NCBI GenBank assembly: GCA_016927185.1
Contig: JAFGND010000101.1
Span: 1 to 43,075, forward strand
Direction of reading: 5' to 3'
DNA: 43,075 nucleotides
Source of the DNA: Candidatus Coatesbacteria bacterium
GTDB taxonomy: Bacteria > JAFGND01
Shown: one piece after another, positions 26,824-35,788 of the stretch
Position numbering within the stretch: position 1 is the first letter of the stretch
Layout of the letters: each line of letters begins with the position of its first letter
Made by a program: the position numbers and the translations under genes
The notes under the pieces: model-generated
Seen by the model: the letters and a program-made list of their open reading frames with translations, nothing else
The model's database searches: none
What the model was told of the DNA's origin: nothing

Positions 26824-28077
26824 TTAATTCACCTTCACTATCCTCTTAGTTTCCTTACTTGATTTAACTATATAAACTCCCTCTCTCCAGCTGCTTGTTT
26901 CAATAGAATGCTTGCCTTTGGATAAGTTCATTATCAGCTGACCAGTCAGGGAATAGATAAAAGCAGAGGAAGGAGAGGAAATTGATAATCTGTCAGTAAA
27001 TGGATTTGGGGAAACTGAGAAGGATTTAGCAGGAATATAAGAAGCTGATTTATTCTCTTCAAATCCTGTTTCCTCTGTTTCTATTGCATAAAGATAATGA
27101 TCATTACTTCCGACATAAACAACCATGTCTGTAACACAAGGAGAGGAGTAAATTGAACTTTCTGTTTTATATCTCCATCTAAGAGTTCCATCAGTTTTAT
27201 TTAATGCATAGAGATAAGTATCATAACTCCCTACATACACTAATTGACCTGAAACACAAGGAGAAGAGTAAACATAAGAACCTGTTTGATATCTCCATTT
27301 AAGAGTTGCATCTGAGCAATTTATTGCCAGAAGATAAGAATTATCTGTTCCAATATAGACTATTCCATTAGAGACACAAGGAGATGAATAATCTGACCTT
27401 GCATTATAATACCACTTCAGGGTTCCATCTGAACAATTTATTGCATAAAGATAATAAGTACCAATGTATACAACCCCATCCGCTGCACATGCTGATGAGC
27501 CATAGATGTGAGCTGCTGGATAACTCCACTTGAGTTTTCCATTTGAAGAGTTTATTGCATAGAAATAATAACCCTGACTTCCAACATAAACAACTCCATC
27601 AGAGACACATGGAGATGATGAAACATAATCGTCTGCATAAAAAGACCACTTAGATGTCCCATTTGTATAGGCAGCATAAACATTCATATCCCAGCTAGCA
27701 TAATAAACAGAACCATCTGCAACACAAGGTGAGGAGTCAATCCACCTGCCTGTCTGTTTTTTCCATTTGAGATTTCCATCTGGATTTATTGCATAAAGAC
27801 TATAATCCATACTTCCAACATAAATATCTCCATTTGAGAAATAAGGGGAGGAGACTACGCGATCACCTGTCTTGTACTTCCATTTTAAAGTTCCATTAGA
27901 GCAGTTTATTGCATAAAGATAACCATCATTACTTCCAACATAAACAACTCCATAAGAAACACAAGGAGAAGACGCAACAGTACCATCTGTCTTAAACCTC
28001 CATTTCAAATCCCCAGGAGCTGAGAAAAGCAGAGATGATAATAATAACAGAATTATGATAGTTAAAAGGTTTTTCAT
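26824..28077 (-). CDS. Secreted 8-bladed PQQ-like beta-propeller with T9SS-type CTD (paralog C)
   Basis: Signal peptide, APGDLKWRFKT start, eight blades and a CTD nearly identical to paralog A. Confidence 0.92.
   Translation of the reverse strand: MKNLLTIIILLLLSSLLFSAPGDLKWRFKTDGTVASSPCVSYGVVYVGSNDGYLYAINCSNGTLKWKYKTGDRVVSSPYFSNGDIYVGSMDYSLYAINPDGNLKWKKQTGRWIDSSPCVADGSVYYASWDMNVYAAYTNGTSKWSFYADDYVSSSPCVSDGVVYVGSQGYYFYAINSSNGKLKWSYPAAHIYGSSACAADGVVYIGTYYLYAINCSDGTLKWYYNARSDYSSPCVSNGIVYIGTDNSYLLAINCSDATLKWRYQTGSYVYSSPCVSGQLVYVGSYDTYLYALNKTDGTLRWRYKTESSIYSSPCVTDMVVYVGSNDHYLYAIETEETGFEENKSASYIPAKSFSVSPNPFTDRLSISSPSSAFIYSLTGQLIMNLSKGKHSIETSSWREGVYIVKSSKETKRIVKVN
27077..28010 (-). repeat. Intragenic ~111-120-bp blade repeats of paralog C
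   Basis: Same repeat unit, more diverged, with in-frame deletions in the central blades. Confidence 0.85.
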
Positions 28078-28252
28078 AATAGCCTCCCAGCTTATGAATA
28101 TAATTTTCCTTTTTTATTTATTTCATCTAATAATTTGCAATATTTGAAGTCAAGGAAAATCAGGAAAGAATAGTTGAAAAGCTCAGGGAAAATTCATATT
28201 TGTTTATCTGAATATCAAAGAGGAAGATTTACTGACTTGCAGGACTGGAATT

Positions 28253-28792
28253 TCAGTCCCTGGCATATCCTTTCAAGTACCTGCAAGGAAGTCCATTTTT
28301 CATTCTCTCCCTGATTTCTGTAGAAGAAATATCTACAAGTCTTGAAGGTATTATTTCTTCCTGACCGATCTGGCTGTAATCATCAGGAGTCTTAAAACCA
28401 GGTCGGGCAATGACAAGTATCTTGAATTCCCTGAAAAGCTCTTCATATTTATACCATGATTTTATTATATAGAGATTGTCTGCTCCCATTATGAAGCAGA
28501 ATGGGGGGAATACCCTTTTTCTCATTTCAAGCAGAGTGTTATATGTATAATTGGGTTTGGGCAGATGCCTTTCTATATCAAGCATGTGAAAATAGGGAGT
28601 ATCTGCTATTGCATCAAGTATCAATCTGCACCTCTCATCAAAATCAATTATCTCATAATCCTGCTTCAAAGGCTGAGAATAACAAGGCAGGAAATATACT
28701 TCCTTTACTTTCCCGCTTGCAACAAGATCTTCTGCAACAATCAAGTGACCGATATGAACTGGATTGAAACTTCCCCCATAAATTCCTATCAT
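28253..28792 (-). CDS. nadD: Nicotinate-nucleotide adenylyltransferase
   Basis: GGSFNPVHIGH, YTYNTL, FIMGAD and ISSTEIRE motifs. Confidence 0.95.
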   Translation of the reverse strand: MIGIYGGSFNPVHIGHLIVAEDLVASGKVKEVYFLPCYSQPLKQDYEIIDFDERCRLILDAIADTPYFHMLDIERHLPKPNYTYNTLLEMRKRVFPPFCFIMGADNLYIIKSWYKYEELFREFKILVIARPGFKTPDDYSQIGQEEIIPSRLVDISSTEIRERMKNGLPCRYLKGYARD

Positions 28793-28855
28793 TTTAATCC
28801 TTTTTTAACTCTTTAAAGAATTCTTTCAATTGACTATTTATATGCTGTATTCAAA

Positions 28856-29761
28856 ATGCGCATACTTATGTCAAGTAAAGTTAATCTTTCTCCATCAGTC
28901 ATTGCTTCACTTCATTCGCTGGAGCTTAAGGCAAAAAAAATTGTTGAAGGCTTTCTGGTAGGACTTCATAAAAGCCCATGGTCAGGAATCAGCCTGGAGT
29001 ATACTGGTTACAGACCCTACTATCCAGGTGATCCGATAAAGCATATAGACTGGAAGGTCTGGGGACGTACTGACAGATATTACATAAAGCAATTTGAGGA
29101 AGAGACCAATACATGCATTTATATTTTGATAGATTTGTCGAAAAGCCTTGACTATGGCGAAAATTCATCAAACAAGTGGAATTATATACAAACTCTTTCA
29201 GCATCACTTGCCTATCTTTCGCTGCTCATCAGGGATGCTCCATCGATTGTCTTCCTGCAGGAGAATGAAACATTCATATTGCCACCCTCTGCAAAATTCG
29301 GGCAGCTGAAACTCATTATTGACAAGCTGGAGAATGCTTCTCCGCTTGAAAAAAATCCTGACTGGGAAGGAATCTTAAGAGCCCTGAGACCAAGATTGAA
29401 GCGGAGAACAATGCTCTTCATATTGTCGGATTTCATGTTTCCAGTCGAAGATTTCAAGCCAGCACTTTCTCAACTCCGTTTTCTAAAGGGGGATCTTTCA
29501 TTGTGGCAGATATTACATAAAGATGAGCTGGAATTCCCTTTTGATGATGAGCTGAGATTTATTGATATGGAAAGTGAAGATTTCATAGAAATAAGCTCAG
29601 GAAAATGGCAGGACAGTTATATAAGGGAGCTTAAAAAGCATCAAAAGGATCTTGTAAGGCTTTGCGGTGAACAGGAAGGACAATTCAAGTCATTCAGAAC
29701 TGATAATAGTTTCCTTCTGCCACTGAAGGAGTTTCTTAGCCAGAGGGAGAAATTCAGGTAA
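28856..29761 (+). CDS. DUF58 (vWA-like, MoxR-associated) protein
   Basis: GLHKSP..G.SLEY...RPYYPGDPIKHIDWKV..RTDRYYIKQFEEE; DLSKS and LSDF motifs. Confidence 0.92.
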   Translation: MRILMSSKVNLSPSVIASLHSLELKAKKIVEGFLVGLHKSPWSGISLEYTGYRPYYPGDPIKHIDWKVWGRTDRYYIKQFEEETNTCIYILIDLSKSLDYGENSSNKWNYIQTLSASLAYLSLLIRDAPSIVFLQENETFILPPSAKFGQLKLIIDKLENASPLEKNPDWEGILRALRPRLKRRTMLFILSDFMFPVEDFKPALSQLRFLKGDLSLWQILHKDELEFPFDDELRFIDMESEDFIEISSGKWQDSYIRELKKHQKDLVRLCGEQEGQFKSFRTDNSFLLPLKEFLSQREKFR

Positions 29762-29762
29762 T

Positions 29763-30923
29763 ATGAAAATACTTTCAGGAAAAGAATTCAATCTTCTATC
29801 AGAACTGATTTCAATTAATTCCGTTTTTCCCAATGAAAAAGAAATTGGAGATTTCCTGTTTGATTATCTGAAGAAATCAGGTTTCAAAACACAGAAGCAG
29901 TACCTGAAAAGTGACAGGAAAAGATTCAATGTTCTTGCGGAAAAAGGCAATCATGACAAGAGTATTCTTTTCTATGGTCATATGGATACTGTCCCTCCAT
30001 ACGGAAACTGGACACAGTCTCCATTTGAGCTTTCTGAAAGGAATGGATTACTTTACGGTTTAGGAGTTAATGACATGAAGGGAGGAATCTGGGCAATCCT
30101 TGAATCCGTAAAGCATCATGAACCTGTAAATTACAATTTGAAGATCGCCTTTGGTTTCGACGAAGAGAATATTTCGAAAGGTGCATTCCTGCTTTGCGGA
30201 CATGAATTCGTTAAGGATGTTGTTTTTGCTGTTATTCCTGAAGTAGGCACGTCAAGTAAAATGGATGGAAAAAAGTCTGTGATACTTGGACGAAGGGGAA
30301 GAATCCTTATAGAAATTACTGTTCCTGGCATATCTGCTCATGGCTCTACTGCAAAGGCTGGAATTAATGCCATCCGGGAAGCAATGAGGCTGATACCACA
30401 TGTACTCAAGGTAGAGCTTCTGAGGCATCCAAAGCTAGGCAGTGAAAATATTTTTGTTAAATCTTTTCATGCAGACACGTCAGCTCTTGCTGTTCCTGAT
30501 GAGGCATCATTTGTTCTTGACTGGCATATTGTTAGTCCAGACAATGAGAAATCATGTCTTGAAAAGATAAACAGGATAATAGATAATTTGTATGAAAGAG
30601 GGATTTTCAAGACTATAAATGACAGGAGAATTACTGCAAAGCTTTTCCCGAGGGAAACTCCATATCTGCTTCCATATACGACTGATGAAAAGAACCAGAT
30701 TGTGAAAACATTCATCAAGGCAACAGGAAGGATTTTCGGAAAAATTCCTGTTCGTTATGGACTGAGTGTGGCAGATGAGAATGTCTTTGCAGAGAAGCTT
30801 TCAATACCCATAGTTGTTTCAGGACCTTATGGAGGATGTGAACATCATTTCGATGAATGGGTTGAACCTCAAAGCCTTTTATATCTAAGAGATTCTTTCA
30901 CCGAATTCCTGTTGAGTCTGTAA
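29763..30923 (+). CDS. M20 metallopeptidase / deacylase (ArgE/DapE family)
   Basis: GHMDTV, GLGVNDMKGG, DEE, G.SAHGS and C-terminal HH.DE motifs. Confidence 0.9.
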   Translation: MKILSGKEFNLLSELISINSVFPNEKEIGDFLFDYLKKSGFKTQKQYLKSDRKRFNVLAEKGNHDKSILFYGHMDTVPPYGNWTQSPFELSERNGLLYGLGVNDMKGGIWAILESVKHHEPVNYNLKIAFGFDEENISKGAFLLCGHEFVKDVVFAVIPEVGTSSKMDGKKSVILGRRGRILIEITVPGISAHGSTAKAGINAIREAMRLIPHVLKVELLRHPKLGSENIFVKSFHADTSALAVPDEASFVLDWHIVSPDNEKSCLEKINRIIDNLYERGIFKTINDRRITAKLFPRETPYLLPYTTDEKNQIVKTFIKATGRIFGKIPVRYGLSVADENVFAEKLSIPIVVSGPYGGCEHHFDEWVEPQSLLYLRDSFTEFLLSL

Positions 30924-30930
30924 ATTCACT

Positions 30931-30950
30931 AAATCAGATGCTTCTGATTT
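30931..30950. terminator. Hairpin between convergent genes, possible bidirectional terminator
   Basis: AAATCAGA-tgct-TCTGATTT perfect 8-bp inverted repeat just after the M20 stop. Confidence 0.5.
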
Positions 30951-31006
30951 TCAGTACTGTCAGTTATGCTTAAGTCAATTGTTTTTCAAGCAGGGGGAGA
31001 AGAAAC

Positions 31007-32275
31007 TTACTTTATCTTAATAATTCTCCTTGTATTCTCGCCAGAACTGACTATATAAACTCCTTCCCTCCAGCTTCCTGTATCAATTTCATGACTGCCT
31101 TTTCCAAGTTTAATAATCAACTGTCCGGTAATTGAATAGACTGAGGCATCTGACAGAGAAGATATGGAAAGCCTGTCTGTAAAAGGATTCGGACTGACAG
31201 TGAAACTCTTTGATGGCAATTTAAAAGCTGTTTCCTTGTTGCTGAAGCCTTTATATCCATAAGTCTCTACTGCATAAAAATAGCAGTCATGGCTTCCAAC
31301 AAAAACTGCACCTTCAGATACACATGGTGAAGCTCTTATAATGCCACCAGTTTTGTAACTCCATCTTACTGAACCATCAACTATATCCAATGCATATAGA
31401 TAATTATCATTGCTTCCAACATAAAGGACTCCATCAACCAGGCAGGGTGATGTATAAACTGGTCCAGATGTATAAATTCTCCATTTCAATGTTCCATTAT
31501 TTTCATTAAGAGCATAAACACCATTATCAAGGCAACCAACATATAAAACTCCATCAACTATGCATGGGGAAGAAAAGATATATGAATCAGTAAGGTATTT
31601 CCATTTGAGTGAACCGTCAGATGTATTAAGTGCATAAACATTGAAGTCATTACTTCCAACAAAAACAACTCCATTAGAAACACATGGTGATGAATAAATA
31701 TCCTCGTTTGTCTTGTATCTCCACTTCAAGGATCCATCAGGTGCGTTTATTGCATAGAGATAGTCATCCCAGCCACCAACATAAACAACACCATTATCAA
31801 CGCAGGGTGATGAGTAAATAAAATATTCTGTCTGATATTTCCATTTCAGGCTTCCGTCATTTACATTAACAGCATAAAGGTTATTGTCATAACTTCCAAC
31901 ATATAGAACCCCGTCTGCAACACAAGGGGATGAATCTACCCAGAGATAAGTCTCATGTCTCCATTTCAATGCTCCGTTAGCAACATTGATGGCATAAATA
32001 TAAAAATCATCCCCGCCAATATAAACCACTCCGTCTGCAACGAAAGGAGAAGAATAAATATCGTGTCCTGTCTGGTATTTCCATTTGCGAACTCCATTAG
32101 TTGTGTTCAATGCATATAGATAATTATCCCAGCTTCCGAACAGAACAGTTGTTCCGGTAACGCAAGCAGAAGATCTTACTTTATCCCCAGTTTCATATTT
32201 CCAGAGCATTTCTCCAGGACCAGATAACAAGTAAGAAAATGAAAAAAATACTATCAAAACAATTAAATTCTTCAT
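31007..32275 (-). CDS. Secreted 8-bladed PQQ-like beta-propeller with T9SS-type CTD (paralog D)
   Basis: Signal peptide, eight SSPCVxDGVxYVGSxDxxLYA repeats and a SPNPFTDRLSIS...GVYIV...IIKIK CTD. Confidence 0.92.
   Translation of the reverse strand: MKNLIVLIVFFSFSYLLSGPGEMLWKYETGDKVRSSACVTGTTVLFGSWDNYLYALNTTNGVRKWKYQTGHDIYSSPFVADGVVYIGGDDFYIYAINVANGALKWRHETYLWVDSSPCVADGVLYVGSYDNNLYAVNVNDGSLKWKYQTEYFIYSSPCVDNGVVYVGGWDDYLYAINAPDGSLKWRYKTNEDIYSSPCVSNGVVFVGSNDFNVYALNTSDGSLKWKYLTDSYIFSSPCIVDGVLYVGCLDNGVYALNENNGTLKWRIYTSGPVYTSPCLVDGVLYVGSNDNYLYALDIVDGSVRWSYKTGGIIRASPCVSEGAVFVGSHDCYFYAVETYGYKGFSNKETAFKLPSKSFTVSPNPFTDRLSISSLSDASVYSITGQLIIKLGKGSHEIDTGSWREGVYIVSSGENTRRIIKIK
31262..32205 (-). repeat. 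Intragenic 120-bp blade repeats of paralog D (more diverged at DNA level)
   Basis: 40-aa periodicity; recurring ccatt, gcata and ccaac motifs every 120 bp. Confidence 0.85.
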
Positions 32276-32510
32276 ATCAAGCCTCCCCGTATATATTGAG
32301 ATGAAATCCTTTCTCTTTTAAACTATTACATTAATTCTCTTGATTATTTCAACTTAAATATGCATGAAAAAGTTCAAAGAATGTCAACAATTTTCTTTAA
32401 CTGTTTTTTGGGGAGAGTTAAGCCAGGTTCAGAAGTAGAAGAAACGGTAATTTGCTTGACTGCAAACAGGTTTTTTTCAACGAAGATTTCGTTGTCAAGA
32501 AAGAGGTTGA

Positions 32511-33161
32511 ATGTCTTTTATAAATATTGATGATTTATCATTTTCTTTCGACAAGGTGAAACCAGTATTCAGAAACATGTCTTTCAGAATTGAAGAAAGC
32601 AGTATGATTGTTCTTCTCGGTGAAAACGGGAAAGGGAAGACTACATTATCCAGGCTTATTTTAGGTCTTCTTCAACCTGATTCTGGTAACATATTCATAA
32701 ACAACATTAATGTAAGGAATTCAAAGCTTCATGAAATAGGGAAACTTGTTGGTTACATGTTTCAGGATGTTACCTTGCAGATAATAGAGAATACTGTCCT
32801 TGCTGAAATAGACTTCAATCTGCCACAGGACGGCAAGACAATAGAGAGAAGGGATTATCTTATTGAATTGTTCAGAATAAATGAGCTGATGGATAAATTC
32901 CCATTAACTCTTTCAAGGGGAGAACTTCAGAAAGCAGTATTGGTTTCAATTTTAGCAACTGACCGGAAATTCCTTATTCTTGACGAACCTACATCATCTC
33001 TGGATATTAAAACCTGTGAGATATTAAAAGAGCAACTCCTCATAATGAACAGGAAAGGAACTGGAATGCTTGTTTTTACACAAGATGCTTTTTTCAAAAA
33101 CCTTCTTGAAAAAGAAGCTGAATTTTACTGGATAAATGATTTCAATATAAAACCTTATTAG
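32511..33161 (+). CDS. ABC ATPase, EcfA/CbiO-like
   Basis: GENGKGKTT, VGYMFQD, LSRGE signature and LILDEPTSSLD motifs. Confidence 0.88.
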   Translation: MSFINIDDLSFSFDKVKPVFRNMSFRIEESSMIVLLGENGKGKTTLSRLILGLLQPDSGNIFINNINVRNSKLHEIGKLVGYMFQDVTLQIIENTVLAEIDFNLPQDGKTIERRDYLIELFRINELMDKFPLTLSRGELQKAVLVSILATDRKFLILDEPTSSLDIKTCEILKEQLLIMNRKGTGMLVFTQDAFFKNLLEKEAEFYWINDFNIKPY

Positions 33162-33246
33162 ACTATAATCATCCTTTTTCAGGAAATACCTTGACGCATT
33201 ATGCATATTATAATCTTCGAGCGAAAAGTTTTCTAATGGAGGTTTT

Positions 33247-33741
33247 ATGAAAAACAGGAATCATCTCTGGATCATCTCTATTGCTCTTTCATTGATGCTC
33301 TTGATTGTTTTCTCATGCGATGACAGTACTGATAACAATAATAATACTGGAACAGGTACGGGAACGGGCACAGGCACTGGAACTGGAGAAAGCTTTGAGC
33401 TTATTCCTGACAAGACAAGTGATACAACAAAAGTTGATGAGATGGCAGAATTTCATATAAAGCTTATAAACAAGGCAGAATCTTCAAATTTCAAGGTGAT
33501 AATTGGAACAAACAGTTCTAATTGTTCAGACTGGGTAAGACAGGTTTGTATGGATGGAATCTGTTTTATGGGTGATACTGCTGAAACCATGGACCCTGTT
33601 GAAAAAGATGACACTGTAGATATATCATATGATATTACTCCTACCAGTGAAGGTAATGGAACGTTCTTCCTGAAGGTTTTTCCAAGTGATAATGAGAGCA
33701 AGATGAAGGAACTTGAGTTTGACGTAACAGCAACTAAATAG
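33247..33741 (+). CDS. Lipoprotein with an Asn/(Thr-Gly)n linker and an Ig-like domain
   Basis: Lipobox VFSC, then NNNNTGTGTGTGTGTG, then a beta-rich domain with W..QVC..G.C. Confidence 0.8.
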   Translation: MKNRNHLWIISIALSLMLLIVFSCDDSTDNNNNTGTGTGTGTGTGTGESFELIPDKTSDTTKVDEMAEFHIKLINKAESSNFKVIIGTNSSNCSDWVRQVCMDGICFMGDTAETMDPVEKDDTVDISYDITPTSEGNGTFFLKVFPSDNESKMKELEFDVTATK

Positions 33742-35788
33742 CTCTGCTTATAAGCCTGCTTCTGAAGCTTTTATAATTTGATCCCTGGTTTTTTATCAGT
33801 TCCAGAAGTGCCGGGTCATTTGCAAGTGAAACAAAATGACTTATTGCTTCTGGATCTTGTGCCAGATTGAACATAAGTTCTGGTGCATTCTGCATTGCCT
33901 CAAGTAAATCCATGCCATTTCCCTCTATTGTCAATCCCATAAGGAATTCAAGAAAATCGAGTGATTCTCCATGTTTCTTGAGCATAGCTTCAGAAATCGC
34001 TTTATCATCTTCTTTCCTGACCTTGCCTGTCGAAATCCTCTTTTTCAATTCTTCTGAAGCTGGCTTTTTTATCCATTTCTCAAGCAGTTTTTCCCATGTC
34101 TCATCTTCATAAGGTATTTTCTTGACTACCTTTGCGAAATTGTAAACATCATTATTGGTTTTTATAAAGGGAGAAACAAGATTATACAATGTCCAGTCCA
34201 GGGGAGTCCACTCTTCTATTATCTTTTCAGTAAGATTACCGCTTTCCGTAATTCTCTTCTTGATCTTTATGGTGTTTATATTATCAAGATGAAGAGCTTT
34301 CTCTATGAATTGTTTATTGAAGAAATCCAGTGAACCATTTACCCGCTTTTCCTTGCTTTCATTTGCAATTAGTGCAATGGAACGATAAGCACTTCTTGAA
34401 ATGGATACAAGAGGGGAAATTTTGGTCATATTTATTCCCTTGCCCTTGAACCTGTTCAGTTCATATTCAGCGAGTTTAGTTGACAGGTCATAAGGAATTA
34501 TTGAGCTTCCATCTGGAAGTGATTCCATGAACATAAGCAGGAGACTGAAAACACCATAACTGCTCATGATAGACTCTTCAGCATTATTATGCTTCAGCTT
34601 TCCTGCCTTGAAAAGCTTCTCAGATCTTATCCAGATTCTATTGAATTCCTTCTTCAGTTCATCAAAGCTTTTTTTGTTGCTGTTTATAGACAGGAAATTA
34701 CCTCTTGCTTCAGTATTGAAGGATTTGCCAGAAGCATATTTATAATCAGGAATTGACATGTGATGAAGAAACAATGAGCTGAATTCCATAGAGAATTCAG
34801 TATCTCTCTTGTTATTTATGAAATAAGGATAAATGAAGCTTCTTATCTGTTCATGATATCTGTATATTCTCTCGAAATGAGTTCTTATCCTTGAAAATGC
34901 TTCATCTAATGTCAATGGGGGAACACTCTCTGGCAAGCTTATGTCACCAGTCTCAAGCATTTTAAAATCCACGCCAGGATCCCTCTTTTCAAGGTTGAAT
35001 GCTTCTAAAAACTCCTTCTTGAAACTCTTGCGCATTATGTCATAGAAATACCATAACCACCATGATGAAGAAATGATCTTGTTATTTTCTTCAAGATTCT
35101 CTATCAATTTGGCATCATAATTATCACTCAGAAGGATTTCTATTATTAAAAGCAGGTTGAATAATCCCATATCTATGGCAGAGAATTCAGCATCTTCAAA
35201 TCTGTTGAAATTATCTTTCATCCGCTGAACATAAGCGAGCTCAAGAGCGTACAAGCCCTTATGCCCAAGCAGAAGATTGCCAAGTCTCTCTTCCATTGAA
35301 TCATCTGGATTGATTTTTATGTGAAGCAGTCTTTTGAGGAGAAATCTCATTTCTATAATTACAGAAGCAGGTGGAATTACAATCAAAGGCATTTTAGAAA
35401 TATTTATGAGTACTTTTTCCTTTACCTTCAACCATGAATGGGATCGTCGCGATACATAATTTTTCCAGAAAATATCTGATGATGAAGCTGCTTTGTATTC
35501 TTCCATGAGTGTCTTCAGCCTGACGAAATAATCCTTGTCAGTTGATGCAGTGAAACTGGCTGGTAAAAACAATTGCTTGAATATCCTGGATCTGTCAGTC
35601 TTGTCAGTTATGCTCTTCATGAAATGGCAGAGAATTGCAAGCCTTCCAAGCCCATCTTTTCTTTCAAGAAGAACAGAAAGTATTCTTTTCTGGGAATCCC
35701 ATCCTGAAGAATCTCCCAAATCACTTTCAAGCCATTTTGTTAAATCATTATAAACAAACTGGCTTTTGCTCCCTCTCAGCTCTCCCAT
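33734..35788 (-). CDS. Large alpha-helical hypothetical protein
   Basis: 684-aa uninterrupted ORF with an SD upstream; no enzyme motif recognised. Confidence 0.75.
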   Translation of the reverse strand: MGELRGSKSQFVYNDLTKWLESDLGDSSGWDSQKRILSVLLERKDGLGRLAILCHFMKSITDKTDRSRIFKQLFLPASFTASTDKDYFVRLKTLMEEYKAASSSDIFWKNYVSRRSHSWLKVKEKVLINISKMPLIVIPPASVIIEMRFLLKRLLHIKINPDDSMEERLGNLLLGHKGLYALELAYVQRMKDNFNRFEDAEFSAIDMGLFNLLLIIEILLSDNYDAKLIENLEENNKIISSSWWLWYFYDIMRKSFKKEFLEAFNLEKRDPGVDFKMLETGDISLPESVPPLTLDEAFSRIRTHFERIYRYHEQIRSFIYPYFINNKRDTEFSMEFSSLFLHHMSIPDYKYASGKSFNTEARGNFLSINSNKKSFDELKKEFNRIWIRSEKLFKAGKLKHNNAEESIMSSYGVFSLLLMFMESLPDGSSIIPYDLSTKLAEYELNRFKGKGINMTKISPLVSISRSAYRSIALIANESKEKRVNGSLDFFNKQFIEKALHLDNINTIKIKKRITESGNLTEKIIEEWTPLDWTLYNLVSPFIKTNNDVYNFAKVVKKIPYEDETWEKLLEKWIKKPASEELKKRISTGKVRKEDDKAISEAMLKKHGESLDFLEFLMGLTIEGNGMDLLEAMQNAPELMFNLAQDPEAISHFVSLANDPALLELIKNQGSNYKSFRSRLISRAI

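Noticed and set aside
24514-28010. Regular repeats with variable inserts resembling a CRISPR array
   Set aside because: The units are about 120 bp, stay in frame and encode propeller blades. The variable parts are only a few codons, and no cas genes are present.
28253-28255. Selenocysteine read-through of the nadD TGA
   Set aside because: The hairpin includes the codon rather than following it, and read-through adds only 7 residues unlike a NadD C-terminus.
24249-32275. Diversity-generating retroelement as the source of loop variation
   Set aside because: No reverse transcriptase or non-coding template repeat is in the window. Variable codons (CCT, GAT, TTG, GAG, TGG at one site) do not fit adenine-only mutagenesis of an AAY template, and variation is spread over all blades. 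A remote RT cannot be excluded.
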